From contig JAEOTS010000128.1 in the NCBI GenBank assembly GCA_016839745.1, positions 1-36,508 of the forward strand: a stretch of DNA of 36,508 nucleotides. The letters run 5' to 3'. The DNA is from Promethearchaeota archaeon. Lineage in GTDB: Archaea > Asgardarchaeota > Lokiarchaeia > Sigyniarchaeales > SOKP01. The notes beneath the pieces are model-generated. The model saw only the letters and a list, made by a program, of their open reading frames with translations. It made no database searches and was not told where the DNA came from. The first letter of the stretch is position 1, and each line of letters begins with the position of its first letter. A program made the position numbers and the translations under genes. Positions 16,381-27,565 of this stretch are shown here, piece after piece.

Positions 16381-18351
16381 ATGGATATTGAAAAATTCCT
16401 TAACGATATCTTAGGTGTAGTAAATGGGCAAAAAGCGTGGGATTGGGTGGCTAAAATTTCCCAGTATAATCGTGTTCAAGCATCTAATGGATATCACGAT
16501 AGTCTAGAGACAATTAAGGAAGAACTGGTGACTTTAGGTTTTGACGATATAGAACATTTTAAATCTCCTGCTGACGGGGAAACTACCAATTGGGGATATC
16601 AAGCGCCGTATCAATGGGAGATCGAAACAGGGGAATTATGGACTGTAGAACCTGAAAAGATGAAACTATGTGATTTCAACGACATACCAACTTCAATCAT
16701 TACGCATTCAAAATCGTGTGATGTTACCACAGAAATAATAGATATTGGTAAAGGAGAGAATAAGGAAGATTATGAAAGACATGACATAAATGGAAAAATC
16801 ATATTGATGTCAGGCCCAATCTTTATGTATCGTTCATACATCGAAGAAAGTGGGGCTATAGGAGTCATTTATTATCCTGATTTGAACAGAACGAGAGATA
16901 ATTTTGATCGTCGTATTTATAATGGATTTTTTACTACCAAGGAAAGAATCAATAACTCAAAAATTGGTTTTAGCATATCTTATAATCAAGCAATGCATTT
17001 AAAGGAATTATTAGAAAAAGGTCCTATTAAGGTAAAAGCCAACATTAAAGCCGAGTTTCTGGAAGGTAACTTAGAAGTACTAACTACTTCTATTAAAGGA
17101 ACGGAATTCCCCGAACAAGAAATTGTTATTATTGCTCATTTGTGCCATCCACTCCCAAGTGCAAACGACAATGCGAGCGGTGCTGCAGGTTTACTTGAGC
17201 TAGCGAGAGCCTTTAAATATTCAATTGATAATGAAATATTAGATAGCCCTAAGCGAACGCTAAGATTCGTATGGGTTCCAGAATTTAATGGAACTGTACC
17301 TTGGATGAATCATCACGAAGATAAGATGAGAAATGTATTAGCGTGTATAAACTTAGATATGATAGGAGAACATCCTTTAAAGATAGGTTTCCCCTTAGAA
17401 GTTAATCTTGCTCCTCGTTCTACACCGTCGATTCTTAACGATATTACATCTTTCTTTGTAAAAAAAATTGCAGATCACCCAAAGGGAATTGCCTTCAATG
17501 GGACTAAAACTCCAATGTCTTATCGCCTTAGAAGCTTCGATGGAGGTAGCGATCACGTTCTCTTTATAGATTCCTATTTTGGAATTCCCTCCCTCATGTT
17601 TGGTCACGAGGATTTACACTATCATTCTTCTATGGATACCGTCGAATATTGTGATTCAACCGAATTAAAAAGAGTAATCTCAATGGCTTTAAGTATCTCT
17701 TATGTCCTTTCAACTTTTGAAGTAGTGCGTATAAAGAAATTTTGGCCTTTGTATCGTCAAGGATTATTTAAAAGAATTGGAAGCTCGGTCAAACTTCAGG
17801 AAGAGTTATCCCTGTCTATTGATTCTTTAGAAACCTCAAATGAAACAGGGTCTCGAAAAGATTTATTCTTGTTGGGTAGAGAAATCCTAAAATCGAGTCT
17901 ACAATATGAGTTTGAATCTTTAGAATGGATAAAATTAACAGATGCTTCTTCAGAGATTCTCTTACTAATAGAGTCCACGAAAGATGAGATGAACAAATTA
18001 ATTGAATACCAGAATGTAAAGTGGAATGAAAAATTCAGTTTTGATGAAAATGATATAAAAATTCTTGAGTCAAAATATGCTGATATTTACGAACCTAACA
18101 ACCAAGGACCATTTGTTGTAAGAGAACTTTTTAAATTATTTAGGATGCCTGTTTTTAAAGAATTTATGGAAGAATTGAAGTACGAATATTTAGGGCCACT
18201 TAACGAGTTGATAAATCTGTTAGGGAAAGGGTACGATATAATAAAAATATCCGCTTTTCTCTCGTTAGAATATGAAACAATTATAACGCCAGGCCAAATA
18301 TTAGAACTAGTTAGCCATCTCGAAAAAGAAGAATTGATCAAAAAAAAGTAG
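16381..18351 (+). CDS. M28-like aminopeptidase with PA domain (DUF4910-like)
   Basis: AHLCHP..ANDNASG, WVPE, INLDMIG, GSDH, YHSSMDT; PA-like DY..DINGKIIL. ATG 16381 preferred over the AT-rich extension to 16297. Confidence 0.85.
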   Translation: MDIEKFLNDILGVVNGQKAWDWVAKISQYNRVQASNGYHDSLETIKEELVTLGFDDIEHFKSPADGETTNWGYQAPYQWEIETGELWTVEPEKMKLCDFNDIPTSIITHSKSCDVTTEIIDIGKGENKEDYERHDINGKIILMSGPIFMYRSYIEESGAIGVIYYPDLNRTRDNFDRRIYNGFFTTKERINNSKIGFSISYNQAMHLKELLEKGPIKVKANIKAEFLEGNLEVLTTSIKGTEFPEQEIVIIAHLCHPLPSANDNASGAAGLLELARAFKYSIDNEILDSPKRTLRFVWVPEFNGTVPWMNHHEDKMRNVLACINLDMIGEHPLKIGFPLEVNLAPRSTPSILNDITSFFVKKIADHPKGIAFNGTKTPMSYRLRSFDGGSDHVLFIDSYFGIPSLMFGHEDLHYHSSMDTVEYCDSTELKRVISMALSISYVLSTFEVVRIKKFWPLYRQGLFKRIGSSVKLQEELSLSIDSLETSNETGSRKDLFLLGREILKSSLQYEFESLEWIKLTDASSEILLLIESTKDEMNKLIEYQNVKWNEKFSFDENDIKILESKYADIYEPNNQGPFVVRELFKLFRMPVFKEFMEELKYEYLGPLNELINLLGKGYDIIKISAFLSLEYETIITPGQILELVSHLEKEELIKKK

Positions 18352-18359
18352 TTATTATC

Positions 18360-19664
18360 TTATTGTAAGTCGATATAATCCTTATTTATTTTTAGCATTT
18401 CTTCAAACATTTCCTCGGCTTTGGAGGCATTGTCTATTGTTGGGTCCAAGAGCAGAGCTTGAAATGCGATTTCTTTTGATTTTTTAAGAATCGCTTCTAC
18501 TACTAAGTCTTGAACCGAAGCTTGATTGCGTATTAATGCTGCTAATCCTTTTGGATAATCTCCAAGTTTGATCGCTTTTAATCCTTTCTTGGTGACAATT
18601 GCGGGACATTCTACAACTAAATCGCGGGGTATATTAGTAATAACATCTTCGTTCGGTAGATTTACTGAAGCCTCTTCATGATTAGAATCAGTTATTATGC
18701 CCTCAATAATCGGAATTGCTCGTTCATAGTCTGGTGCTACAAGCCTTGCGCCCTTTCCTCCCTTTATTGACCGTAGAAGTCTTCTTCCATTCAAAAGTGT
18801 ATTGCGTTTGTAAAAGGTATAAAAATCTCTTACGCCTTGGATGTTTGCTTTTTCCCAACCCCACGAGATATACTCTCCATAATGGGAATCTTGAGTGTAC
18901 GGGATATATCCAAACTTTTCAAGAATATATTTGATTAAATCAACATCGTATATAGGTTCTTTTATGGTACTAAGATATTCTGGAGCCTTTTCTCTCAGAT
19001 CCGGATATGCATCTTTATCCTTATCGATATATCGTATTGAGAGAACAACACCAAAATGATTTAGGCCTCCAGCTCTTATCTCAAGATTAGATAGTGGTGT
19101 GTTGAGAATCTTGGAATAATGAGGTGCAAAGTCGGGAAATTCATGACATAAACCTACTATCTTTAGTGAAGGAACTTTTCGCTTGATTGCTAAACAGATT
19201 CTACTCATAGGGTTTGAGTAATTAATCATAAAAGTATCGGGACAAATTTTATCAACATCTTCGCAAATTTCAAGGATCGGAGGAATCACCCGTAAAGAAT
19301 GAAATAGTCCTCCGGGACCCCCATTTTCGCCCATAACTTGTTTATTTCCATATTTACGAGGGATTTCGTAATCTTTCTCAAACCATTCAAATCTTGGAGG
19401 AACTTCTATGGAGTTAATGATGAAGGTAGCATCTTTTAAGGCTTTTTTCCGATCCACTGTAGATTCTAAATCAAAATCTAACTTCTTTTGCTCAATTGCT
19501 TCTCTGCACGATTGGGTCACTAAATCTAAATTTTCTCGGTTAATATCGTGCAAACTTATTGTAGATCCCTTTAAGATATCGCTATGAATTATACTTCCCG
19601 CTGATCCCAATCCAAATTGTAAAGAACCAGCCCCAATTATTACTATTTTTTCCTTCTTTGTCAA
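18360..19664 (-). CDS. Glycoside hydrolase family 4 (NAD+/Mn2+-dependent alpha-glucosidase/alpha-galactosidase)
   Basis: IGAGS, GENGGPGG, NYSNP, GLCH, GLNH, VECPA, LDP; TTG start. Confidence 0.93.
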   Translation of the reverse strand: MTKKEKIVIIGAGSLQFGLGSAGSIIHSDILKGSTISLHDINRENLDLVTQSCREAIEQKKLDFDLESTVDRKKALKDATFIINSIEVPPRFEWFEKDYEIPRKYGNKQVMGENGGPGGLFHSLRVIPPILEICEDVDKICPDTFMINYSNPMSRICLAIKRKVPSLKIVGLCHEFPDFAPHYSKILNTPLSNLEIRAGGLNHFGVVLSIRYIDKDKDAYPDLREKAPEYLSTIKEPIYDVDLIKYILEKFGYIPYTQDSHYGEYISWGWEKANIQGVRDFYTFYKRNTLLNGRRLLRSIKGGKGARLVAPDYERAIPIIEGIITDSNHEEASVNLPNEDVITNIPRDLVVECPAIVTKKGLKAIKLGDYPKGLAALIRNQASVQDLVVEAILKKSKEIAFQALLLDPTIDNASKAEEMFEEMLKINKDYIDLQ

Positions 19665-19725
19665 AATTTCAATCCTTTACTTTCTAATTGAATTATGTAT
19701 AATATTTAATTAGAAAGTAAAAAAT

Positions 19726-22365
19726 TTATGAATTTTCCAATAAATCGTATAACGATTTCACCGAAAAATCCTCTTTTTTAACGCTTTTATACGCGGGTTC
19801 CGATGAATATACCAAACCTAAATTTTTCAGCGTAATAGTTCTCGATTCGCCTGGTTCTAAAGAGAAGTAATTATCCGAAGCTATAAAATCAAACTTTTTT
19901 GAATCTACATGAACATATAGAGCAATTTCATTTGCAGATATTTTAAGTTCGTATTCTTTTTCATTAGTATCTTCACAGTAGTATTCGCTGAGTTCCCAAT
20001 GTATATTAGGATCCTTTAGCTGAAATTTTTTTGGAGCTGAAAACAACCTAAATCCGTGAAATTCTTGTTCACCTTCAAGATTTTGGTATCTTAACACGAA
20101 AAAAATAGCATAATCCGATAAATCCTTATCTTCTTGATTCAGATCAGAAATACCGACCATTCCAAGCTTCTTTGATGAACACGGAAAAATCTTTGATTCA
20201 TAAGAGCCGTTTTTTTCTACTCTTCCATCTGATTTGTAGATTTTCCATTCGAAATGTAATTTTTGAGAGGTACGAAGATCGTTTGTTACCCAAAACTCTA
20301 CAGATTTAGCATCTTCTTTAACGCTAGGAAACACAGGTTGATAAAACCTTTTAGCATAGTAATGTAATGCTTTCCAACGATTATAATAATCCAGAGACGC
20401 CCAGCTAGCTACTGGCCAACAATCATTCAATTGCCAGTAAAGTGCACCCATACAATGGTAAACGTTTCGATTTCGGCGCCAATGTTCAACTCCATATTCG
20501 ATGGCTTCTGCTTGTGTTACCTGTGATAAAATTACTTGATTTTCAAACTCTTGAGGTATAGTAAATCGCTTTTTCATATATTTCAATATTTTCCTGTTCC
20601 CAGCTAAGTTTTTTTGATGATTTTCCATGATTGGCGAGAAAAAATCAAATTGCTCTGTAGGACAAAAATCTTCAATAGTTTTTATAGATGGGAAAGATTC
20701 ATAGCCGAATTCTGACATAAAACGCGAATTGAATTCACGATACGCTTTAAACGGTTTATTTCTATGCCAAACGTCCCAAAAGTGCGAATCACCCGTATTT
20801 GGTGAATTAGAATTATTTTCACCAAATTTTTTCCCTACAAAGCCATTAGAAGGAGAACTAGGCCAATATTGATGATTAGGATCATATTCTTCAAGTAATT
20901 TGGGTAACAAATTTTCGAATATTTTTAAATATCCTATTATGAACTCGTTGATGATGTCTCCATCAGTAATTTCAGACCTCATTACCAGGTATTTCCAAAG
21001 CCACTCAATCTCATTATTCCCACACCATAACGCTAAGCTTGGATGATTTCGTAATCTCTTAATATTTTGAGTAGCTTCTTTCTTTATATCTTCTGTAAAC
21101 TCTTCATCATATGGATAGAACGCACACGCAAATGGGAAATCTTGCCAGACTAAAATACCTAATTTATCGCATAAATCGTAAAAAATATTATCCTCATAGA
21201 TTCCTCCGCCCCAAACGCGAAGCATGTTCATGTTAGCTTCTTTTGCGTTGTATAAGTTTGATTCATAGAGACCTCTCTTTTTCCCTCTGGGAATAAAGCT
21301 ATCTATTGGAATCCAATTAGCTCCTTTAGCAAATATAGGAACACCGTTTAACCTAAAGAAAAAGGATTCTCCCCACTCATCAGAATTCTGTATTAAACGA
21401 ATCTCTCTTATACCAACCTTCTGCTTAAAGGAATCTATTACCCCGTTTTTAAAAATCTCAACTGTAAGATCATACAAATTAGGCATACCAAGATCATGGG
21501 TCCACCATAGATACGGGTATTCGAGATTAAACTCCACTTTAGGTATTAGATTATCGATAAATGTTTCAGATGTAAAAATTTTACTATCGGGAGCTTCCAA
21601 TTTAATTTTTAAACAATATTGATGGAGTTCATTGATTGGTAAATCCGACTCTAAATATACTATAATAGATAAATCAGTTGACATAACCCCTAGATCAGTG
21701 ATCTCTTCTAAATTAGTTAATCCATCAACATTCTTATTATAGTGTAATTTTTGGTTTACATAAATAGAATCGATTTTAAGAACATCGTATCCTATTAATT
21801 CAACTGGTTGCCATATCCCTATGTCAGGTAGTTTAGGCCCCCAATCCCAACCAAAAGAATACTGGGCTTTACGGAGATATGGTACTCCTGGAATCGCATC
21901 CTCCCCCGTATTTAAATTCATACCCCTCTTTTCTATCTCTTCACGTGCTTTTATAGTAGGACTTTTGAATTTAATAATCAATTTATTACTTTTTCTCTTT
22001 AATATTGATTTTACTTTAAAATCGTATCTGACGAACATGTTATTAGTAAATCCAAGATTTTCATTATTTAAAATAATCTCCGATATAATATCTAGCCCGT
22101 AGAAGTGGAGTAAAATGTTTTGATGTTCTAAAAAACTTTGATCGAGATCAAACTCAGTCTCATAATCCCAATCTGATTCGTAAACCCAAGAGACTTCGTG
22201 TTCTCTTACTCCATAGAAAGGATCATCAATTATATTATTATCAATCAATGCCTCGAATACAGATCCCGGTACTTCAACTGGAATTTCAATTGATTTTCTT
22301 TTATTTATTTGATTCCAACTAGTGTTTATAGGTATAACATCGACTTTTTTCATAATTTTAATCAT
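19726..22365 (-). CDS. Glycoside hydrolase family 2 beta-mannosidase
   Basis: [34 protein letters not shown] (acid/base), SEFG (nucleophile), YWQLND. Confidence 0.93.
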   Translation of the reverse strand: MIKIMKKVDVIPINTSWNQINKRKSIEIPVEVPGSVFEALIDNNIIDDPFYGVREHEVSWVYESDWDYETEFDLDQSFLEHQNILLHFYGLDIISEIILNNENLGFTNNMFVRYDFKVKSILKRKSNKLIIKFKSPTIKAREEIEKRGMNLNTGEDAIPGVPYLRKAQYSFGWDWGPKLPDIGIWQPVELIGYDVLKIDSIYVNQKLHYNKNVDGLTNLEEITDLGVMSTDLSIIVYLESDLPINELHQYCLKIKLEAPDSKIFTSETFIDNLIPKVEFNLEYPYLWWTHDLGMPNLYDLTVEIFKNGVIDSFKQKVGIREIRLIQNSDEWGESFFFRLNGVPIFAKGANWIPIDSFIPRGKKRGLYESNLYNAKEANMNMLRVWGGGIYEDNIFYDLCDKLGILVWQDFPFACAFYPYDEEFTEDIKKEATQNIKRLRNHPSLALWCGNNEIEWLWKYLVMRSEITDGDIINEFIIGYLKIFENLLPKLLEEYDPNHQYWPSSPSNGFVGKKFGENNSNSPNTGDSHFWDVWHRNKPFKAYREFNSRFMSEFGYESFPSIKTIEDFCPTEQFDFFSPIMENHQKNLAGNRKILKYMKKRFTIPQEFENQVILSQVTQAEAIEYGVEHWRRNRNVYHCMGALYWQLNDCWPVASWASLDYYNRWKALHYYAKRFYQPVFPSVKEDAKSVEFWVTNDLRTSQKLHFEWKIYKSDGRVEKNGSYESKIFPCSSKKLGMVGISDLNQEDKDLSDYAIFFVLRYQNLEGEQEFHGFRLFSAPKKFQLKDPNIHWELSEYYCEDTNEKEYELKISANEIALYVHVDSKKFDFIASDNYFSLEPGESRTITLKNLGLVYSSEPAYKSVKKEDFSVKSLYDLLENS

Positions 22366-22380
22366 CCTTCATCTATTTTT

Positions 22381-23181
22381 TTAAATTATATATTTAAAAT
22401 TATCGTCTTCTAAAATCCAAGCTCGAAGAAATTTATATCTTTCTTTAGAATCCCAAATATTTTCTATATTATTAATTCCATCATATAGATTATCAAGTAA
22501 TTCTCGCCCTACAGCGAATTGTTCGTGAGAAGGATATATCTCTTGAGCAATATTTACATCAAATAAATCTTTTAACCTAGATATACTATTCAGAATCATT
22601 GGAAATTCTTTTTTCTTTGGGAGATACATCGTACCGTAATGAGCGGTATCCCCTGTGAACAACTCTCCTTTACTTGTTAAAAGAGATATGGAACCTATTG
22701 AATGACCCGGAGTGTGGATGATTTCAACTGAAATATCCCCTAAATCAAACCGATCACCATCCTTCAAAGGTTCTACTGTAATAGAAGGTTGGTATATAAA
22801 CTTTTTATTAGAATATCGGTTTACTATTTTTTTTGATGAGTCTTTTAGAATGGATATATCAAACGGCATAGAAGCGTTTTTCACTTCATTCTCGTGAATG
22901 AAAATTGTTTCGAATTCATCATTAGAGCCTCTATGGTCGAAATGAGAGTGAGTATTAATCACTAACAATTCCCTTTTTTCAATTAATTTATCTACTGTAG
23001 GTTTAAGAGGAAAGAGTCCGCTACCCGTGTCAATCAATAAAGCTTTATCAGGACCCAAAATCAAATAAAGGTTAGTATAAGTTGTAAGAAAGCGAGGATC
23101 TATTTCATCCAGCCTTTCTCGAATGATATATAAGTATTCTTTTTGTTTTATGACTTCAAACCAATCATTACCATTTGACAT
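22381..23181 (-). CDS. Metallo-beta-lactamase-fold hydrolase
   Basis: LIDTG, THSHFDH, TPGHS, TGD, PSH. Confidence 0.9.
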   Translation of the reverse strand: MSNGNDWFEVIKQKEYLYIIRERLDEIDPRFLTTYTNLYLILGPDKALLIDTGSGLFPLKPTVDKLIEKRELLVINTHSHFDHRGSNDEFETIFIHENEVKNASMPFDISILKDSSKKIVNRYSNKKFIYQPSITVEPLKDGDRFDLGDISVEIIHTPGHSIGSISLLTSKGELFTGDTAHYGTMYLPKKKEFPMILNSISRLKDLFDVNIAQEIYPSHEQFAVGRELLDNLYDGINNIENIWDSKERYKFLRAWILEDDNFKYII

Positions 23182-23276
23182 AAAAGCAATAGTTAGATGA
23201 TTTATTTAAAATTTATTAGTAAAGCATATTTTCCTAGAGTATCTAAGTATTTTGAATTTGTAAAAGGATTGAAATT

Positions 23277-24089
23277 TTGAAAACGCTTACATTACCAAAT
23301 GGAGAAGTCATTTCATACATAGATAAATTAACCGCACTTGATGTTTACGATGAGATATATGTTAAAAACGAATATCTTCGCCATGGTATTCATGTAAAAG
23401 AAAATGATATAGTTTTTGATATTGGAGCAAATATCGGTTTATTCTCTCGTTATATAGCAACGAAAGCGAAAAATTTACAAATATTTACTTTCGAACCCGT
23501 ACCCATAATATTTGAAGTGTTAGAGGAAAATCTCAAGAATATACCTGCTGAAGTTAGAAATTTTAACATTGGATTAGCTGAAAGAGAGGAAATCACGGAA
23601 ATTCATTACTACCCGAAAGTTAGTGCCGATTCTGCCATTATAGAATTTGATTGGGACCTGAAAGTGAATCAATTTCTTCGTAATTATAATGAAACTGTTG
23701 TTGATTTTATCCCAGGTGCAAAATTTGTTCCAAAATTTATGCGAAAGAGTATTATCAAGAGGGGATTGAAACGTATGTATAAAGCAGAATTAGTTCCCTG
23801 TAAATTGCGGACCATTTCAGATATAATTCAAGAAAATAATCTTAAAACCATAAATCTAATGAAAATTGATGCTGAGAATTACGAATTCCAAGTACTTGCA
23901 GGCATTAAACAACCTGATTGGGATAAAATTCAACAAATTTCTATGGAAGTTCACGAACATATCGAAGGCGGAAAAAATCTTCTTGACAAATTAGGGGATA
24001 TGTTAGAAGAAAAAGGATTTCATGTGATAAAAGAAAAAAATAGTCGATTTTCCCTTATGGGTGTTTACATGCTTTATGCAAAAAAGTAA
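23277..24089 (+). CDS. FkbM-family SAM-dependent methyltransferase
   Basis: VFDIGANIG, FEP, MKIDAE.YE, I.QISMEVH; TTG start. Confidence 0.9.
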   Translation: MKTLTLPNGEVISYIDKLTALDVYDEIYVKNEYLRHGIHVKENDIVFDIGANIGLFSRYIATKAKNLQIFTFEPVPIIFEVLEENLKNIPAEVRNFNIGLAEREEITEIHYYPKVSADSAIIEFDWDLKVNQFLRNYNETVVDFIPGAKFVPKFMRKSIIKRGLKRMYKAELVPCKLRTISDIIQENNLKTINLMKIDAENYEFQVLAGIKQPDWDKIQQISMEVHEHIEGGKNLLDKLGDMLEEKGFHVIKEKNSRFSLMGVYMLYAKK

Positions 24090-24134
24090 ATAATAAATTA
24101 AATTAAGGGAAAATAATCTTTTAGCCCCAAACTT

Positions 24135-25280
24135 TCAAAATGTTAAAGGTTTTGATTTTGTAATAACTTCAACCTTTCCATTAAGAATTGCTACATCGTT
24201 TTCAAGTCGCTGGCCTCCCAATCCTTGTTTCATAACTCCTGGTTCTATTGTAAATACCATTCCATCTTGAATTGTTTCTTCTTTCCAGTATTTTTTAGAA
24301 TATTCATCAGTGGGTTTACGGGATATTAAAGGAGAATCGTGGACACTTAAACCCAACCCATGGCCTAAAGAATATGGCATTGAAAATCCTCCTTTTTTAA
24401 GTATTTGTTCTGCTCTATCATGGATTTTCCATAGGGGTACATTTATATCAATTGTTTCAATTGCTGCTTCATAAGCTTTGATAGTTACCTCACGCATTTT
24501 AATCTGCTCATCTGATAATTTCCCGAAACTTATTGGTACAGTAATATCACTGCAGTACCCTTCGAATTTTGCACCAAAATCAATTAAAGCTAATCCCGGC
24601 AAATTAAATCGTTGATCGCTAGCAAAGGGATGTTGGTGTATCTCGTGTGCACGGGAAGAATTGGCAACAAGAGGTTCAAAAGATACATCATCAGCTCCAT
24701 AATCTGCCATTTTTTTTCGCACGAGAAAAGATAAATCCTTCTCTGTACCATCATGAGCATTTAAACAAAAATCTTGAATATCCTCGATCGTTCTTGTTCC
24801 AATTTGCGCAGCTTCTATTAATTTCTTAATCTCAAAATCGGTTTTGGTTGCTCTTAGTTTTTCTAAAATGTTATCAATTTGTATAGGTTCTTCAAAATAC
24901 TTTACTCCAGGAATAAGCGCTTTCATCTTTACAATGAAGCCATAATAAGTCATTGAATGGACTCCTACCATAATAGATGATTTTTTCCAACGATTCTCAA
25001 ATAAATCTTTCAAAGCTAAAAATAGATTATAACTAAAATTAGCTGGATTTATTATATCATCAACCTCAGAATGTTTTGCAGCTAAGGCAACATCCCACGG
25101 TATTAAAATCGATTCTCCACTTGAAGTAATTAATAATGTTGCGTCGGTTGGATGACCAGATAGATATTGTAAGTTAACATTCCTACTGTTTTCGTAATCT
25201 GTTATCATTAGAATATCGATTTTCTTATCTTCTAATAAATCTAAAATTAACTCGAATTTTTCTTCAGTAATAGGTCGCAT
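24135..25280 (-). CDS. M24 Xaa-Pro aminopeptidase/dipeptidase (PepQ-like)
   Basis: Metal ligands in LIDFG, CSDIT, GHGLGLSVHD, TIEPG, RLEND; creatinase-like N-domain. Confidence 0.92.
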   Translation of the reverse strand: MRPITEEKFELILDLLEDKKIDILMITDYENSRNVNLQYLSGHPTDATLLITSSGESILIPWDVALAAKHSEVDDIINPANFSYNLFLALKDLFENRWKKSSIMVGVHSMTYYGFIVKMKALIPGVKYFEEPIQIDNILEKLRATKTDFEIKKLIEAAQIGTRTIEDIQDFCLNAHDGTEKDLSFLVRKKMADYGADDVSFEPLVANSSRAHEIHQHPFASDQRFNLPGLALIDFGAKFEGYCSDITVPISFGKLSDEQIKMREVTIKAYEAAIETIDINVPLWKIHDRAEQILKKGGFSMPYSLGHGLGLSVHDSPLISRKPTDEYSKKYWKEETIQDGMVFTIEPGVMKQGLGGQRLENDVAILNGKVEVITKSKPLTF

Positions 25281-25300
25281 TATCTCGCCTTCTTTTGGAG

Positions 25301-26389
25301 TTATTTTAACACATTTTTTTCAAACATCTCTTTATTAATCTCTACTCCCAATCCCGGTTTCTCTAGCGCTTTAATTTTTCCTTTATTTGCCCTTATTGGT
25401 TCTTCAAGCAATTGAAACTCCTCAGGATAAAAGGGAAACTCGCACCATTCACACCGCGTTGCCATGATCACATGCAAAGCAGCTGCTATAATATGCCCAA
25501 AACCAAAAATATGTGGTATACATTCAACTCCTTTAACTTCTGCCATAGCGTCGATCTTCTTTGATTGTAGAAAACCGCCAACTCGCGTAACATCTGGTTG
25601 AATGACATCAAAGCATTCTCTGGAAAGAATTTCCTCAAATCGAAATATTCCCATGTCATTTTCACCTCCAGCTATCTGAACCGGTGATTTTGCCCTTAAC
25701 TTTGCGAGTCCATTGGTATTATCTGTAGGAATCGGTTCTTCTAACCATAAAACATCGTATTTTTCGCATACTTTTGCTACTCTAAAAGCATCGTTAACAG
25801 AATGATAAGCCGAATTTGCATCTACCATAATTTCAATATCAGGAAAAGCATCTCTGACTTCCTTCAAAATTGCTGCGTCTTGATCAACTCCCATTCCAAT
25901 TCGCAATTTTACCGCCTTAAAACCACCTAACTCTGGGTTTATAGCGTTTTCGACCGTTTTGACAGCAGGTTTAGGTTTATAAGCACGTAGGATAGAAGCA
26001 TAACATTTAACCTGCTTTTTCCGTCCTCCGAGCAATTTATAAATTGGTTGTTTAGTTGCTTTTCCCATTATATCCCAGCATGCAATCTGTATAGCAGAAG
26101 TAGCTTGAGGTATTCCGAACATAATTCTATTAGTGTTTTGATATACTTCATGAAAGATTTCCTCAACCATAAAAGGATCTTTATTCAAAACTAGTCTTTT
26201 CAGTGCGTCATCGATGAATTGTTTTTGAGCGAGGTTGCTCAAATTCCAATGCGTTAAGGCCCAGCCTTCAATACCCTCATCTGTTTTGAGGTTTGTATAA
26301 AGACCGCTCGCTTGAAGTCTCGGCATACTTCCAATTTTAACTTTAAAATCCATTTTTAAAACATATGTTTTAATATCTGTTATTTGCAT
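25301..26389 (-). CDS. Enolase-superfamily enzyme (mandelate racemase subgroup, possible acid-sugar dehydratase)
   Basis: WDIMGK..QPIYKLLGG, VDAN, LEEP, GGEN, IQPD, IPH, PGLG. Start at MQITDIKTY (26389). Confidence 0.88.
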   Translation of the reverse strand: MQITDIKTYVLKMDFKVKIGSMPRLQASGLYTNLKTDEGIEGWALTHWNLSNLAQKQFIDDALKRLVLNKDPFMVEEIFHEVYQNTNRIMFGIPQATSAIQIACWDIMGKATKQPIYKLLGGRKKQVKCYASILRAYKPKPAVKTVENAINPELGGFKAVKLRIGMGVDQDAAILKEVRDAFPDIEIMVDANSAYHSVNDAFRVAKVCEKYDVLWLEEPIPTDNTNGLAKLRAKSPVQIAGGENDMGIFRFEEILSRECFDVIQPDVTRVGGFLQSKKIDAMAEVKGVECIPHIFGFGHIIAAALHVIMATRCEWCEFPFYPEEFQLLEEPIRANKGKIKALEKPGLGVEINKEMFEKNVLK

Positions 26390-26508
26390 AAATACCCACT
26401 TCAAAAATGATATTAATAATAATACATATTTTTTAATTAAACTTTTAGACAAAGAATTATTTAATTCTATAGTATATTACGAAATTAATCAACTAAAAGG
26501 ATAAGTTC

Positions 26509-27540
26509 TTGGCTGATTTATTTGATTCATCATCGGTAAAAAAACCTTTTGAAGACTTAGCTGTAGTCTATGTAATGTATTTTGACGAAGCTCAAGGTCA
26601 TATGCCCTTATTGATTTACCCCGATGATCAATATAGAAATAATAAAAAATTCATGCGCCCGATTAAATATCATCCTATTTGGTTTTTAACCTTAGACGAA
26701 TCTGACGCATTAGACCATATAGATCTCGAATTTAAAGGGCTTACTTTCTTTGGTAAGAAATTTTTGACGCACTCTAAGAGGCAAAAAAGAAGAGCTGGAC
26801 TCGAGGAAGAAACTCCTGAAACTATCGTAGTTATCTTATCGCTGCCAGACAAGATTGAACTTTTCGGAGATGAGTTAATTAGACTTCTTACTCAAGCAGT
26901 GCAAGATAAATACAAGAACAAGTTGTTTGAAATAATTGACTCTGAGATTTTAAAAGGGGAGGTAATTAAATCACCGAAAATTAAGGACCGTATAGAAGAG
27001 GGCGAATCAATTAAGAAAGAACTCAGAACTGAAATTGAAACTACTACTAATAAATTTTTTTCCGATGTAATAAAGAATTCTGACACTACTTCAATAAGAA
27101 TGCAAAAAGCCATAGCCTATTTAGCATTTAAAGGTATAGATGTTTCGCATATATATGGCAAAGATTATAATGGCACATTCTCAAACATTCAATTATTTGA
27201 TCCTAGTTTAAAAGGAGAAGTGAATTTCGTTGATAAGAAACCCTTCATGATACTTAAAATTAATATTATAGAAGATAGCCAAGAATTAGAGATATTAGTC
27301 CAAAATAACTCGCTTCACGCTATTAAAGGGACAGTAGTGAAAATTAATCACCTTAAAGAGTATTTTGAGAAAGAAGTGATGATCGAAACAATCGATGTCT
27401 GGGACGCTCAAGAAGAATTAGTATTTATTTCACCGATCATTCCGTATATCGACGATTATATCTTCTTTATTATTGACGAGGTAACGAATGAAAAATTACT
27501 CTCAAAAAGGATTGATTTAAAACTTTTAAAAAAATCTTAA
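26509..27540 (+). CDS. Putative uDENN/longin-like domain protein with beta-rich C-terminal domain
   Basis: VVYVMYFDEAQGHMPLLIYP fits the uDENN opening hairpin hhhxF[DH]xxxGxxhxxxYP; later TFFGKKF and ETIVVILS strands; C-terminal LEILVQNNS..IKGTVVKI strands. Confidence 0.55.
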   Translation: MADLFDSSSVKKPFEDLAVVYVMYFDEAQGHMPLLIYPDDQYRNNKKFMRPIKYHPIWFLTLDESDALDHIDLEFKGLTFFGKKFLTHSKRQKRRAGLEEETPETIVVILSLPDKIELFGDELIRLLTQAVQDKYKNKLFEIIDSEILKGEVIKSPKIKDRIEEGESIKKELRTEIETTTNKFFSDVIKNSDTTSIRMQKAIAYLAFKGIDVSHIYGKDYNGTFSNIQLFDPSLKGEVNFVDKKPFMILKINIIEDSQELEILVQNNSLHAIKGTVVKINHLKEYFEKEVMIETIDVWDAQEELVFISPIIPYIDDYIFFIIDEVTNEKLLSKRIDLKLLKKS

Positions 27541-27565
27541 TTATTAAAGGAATGGTGAATGACAA

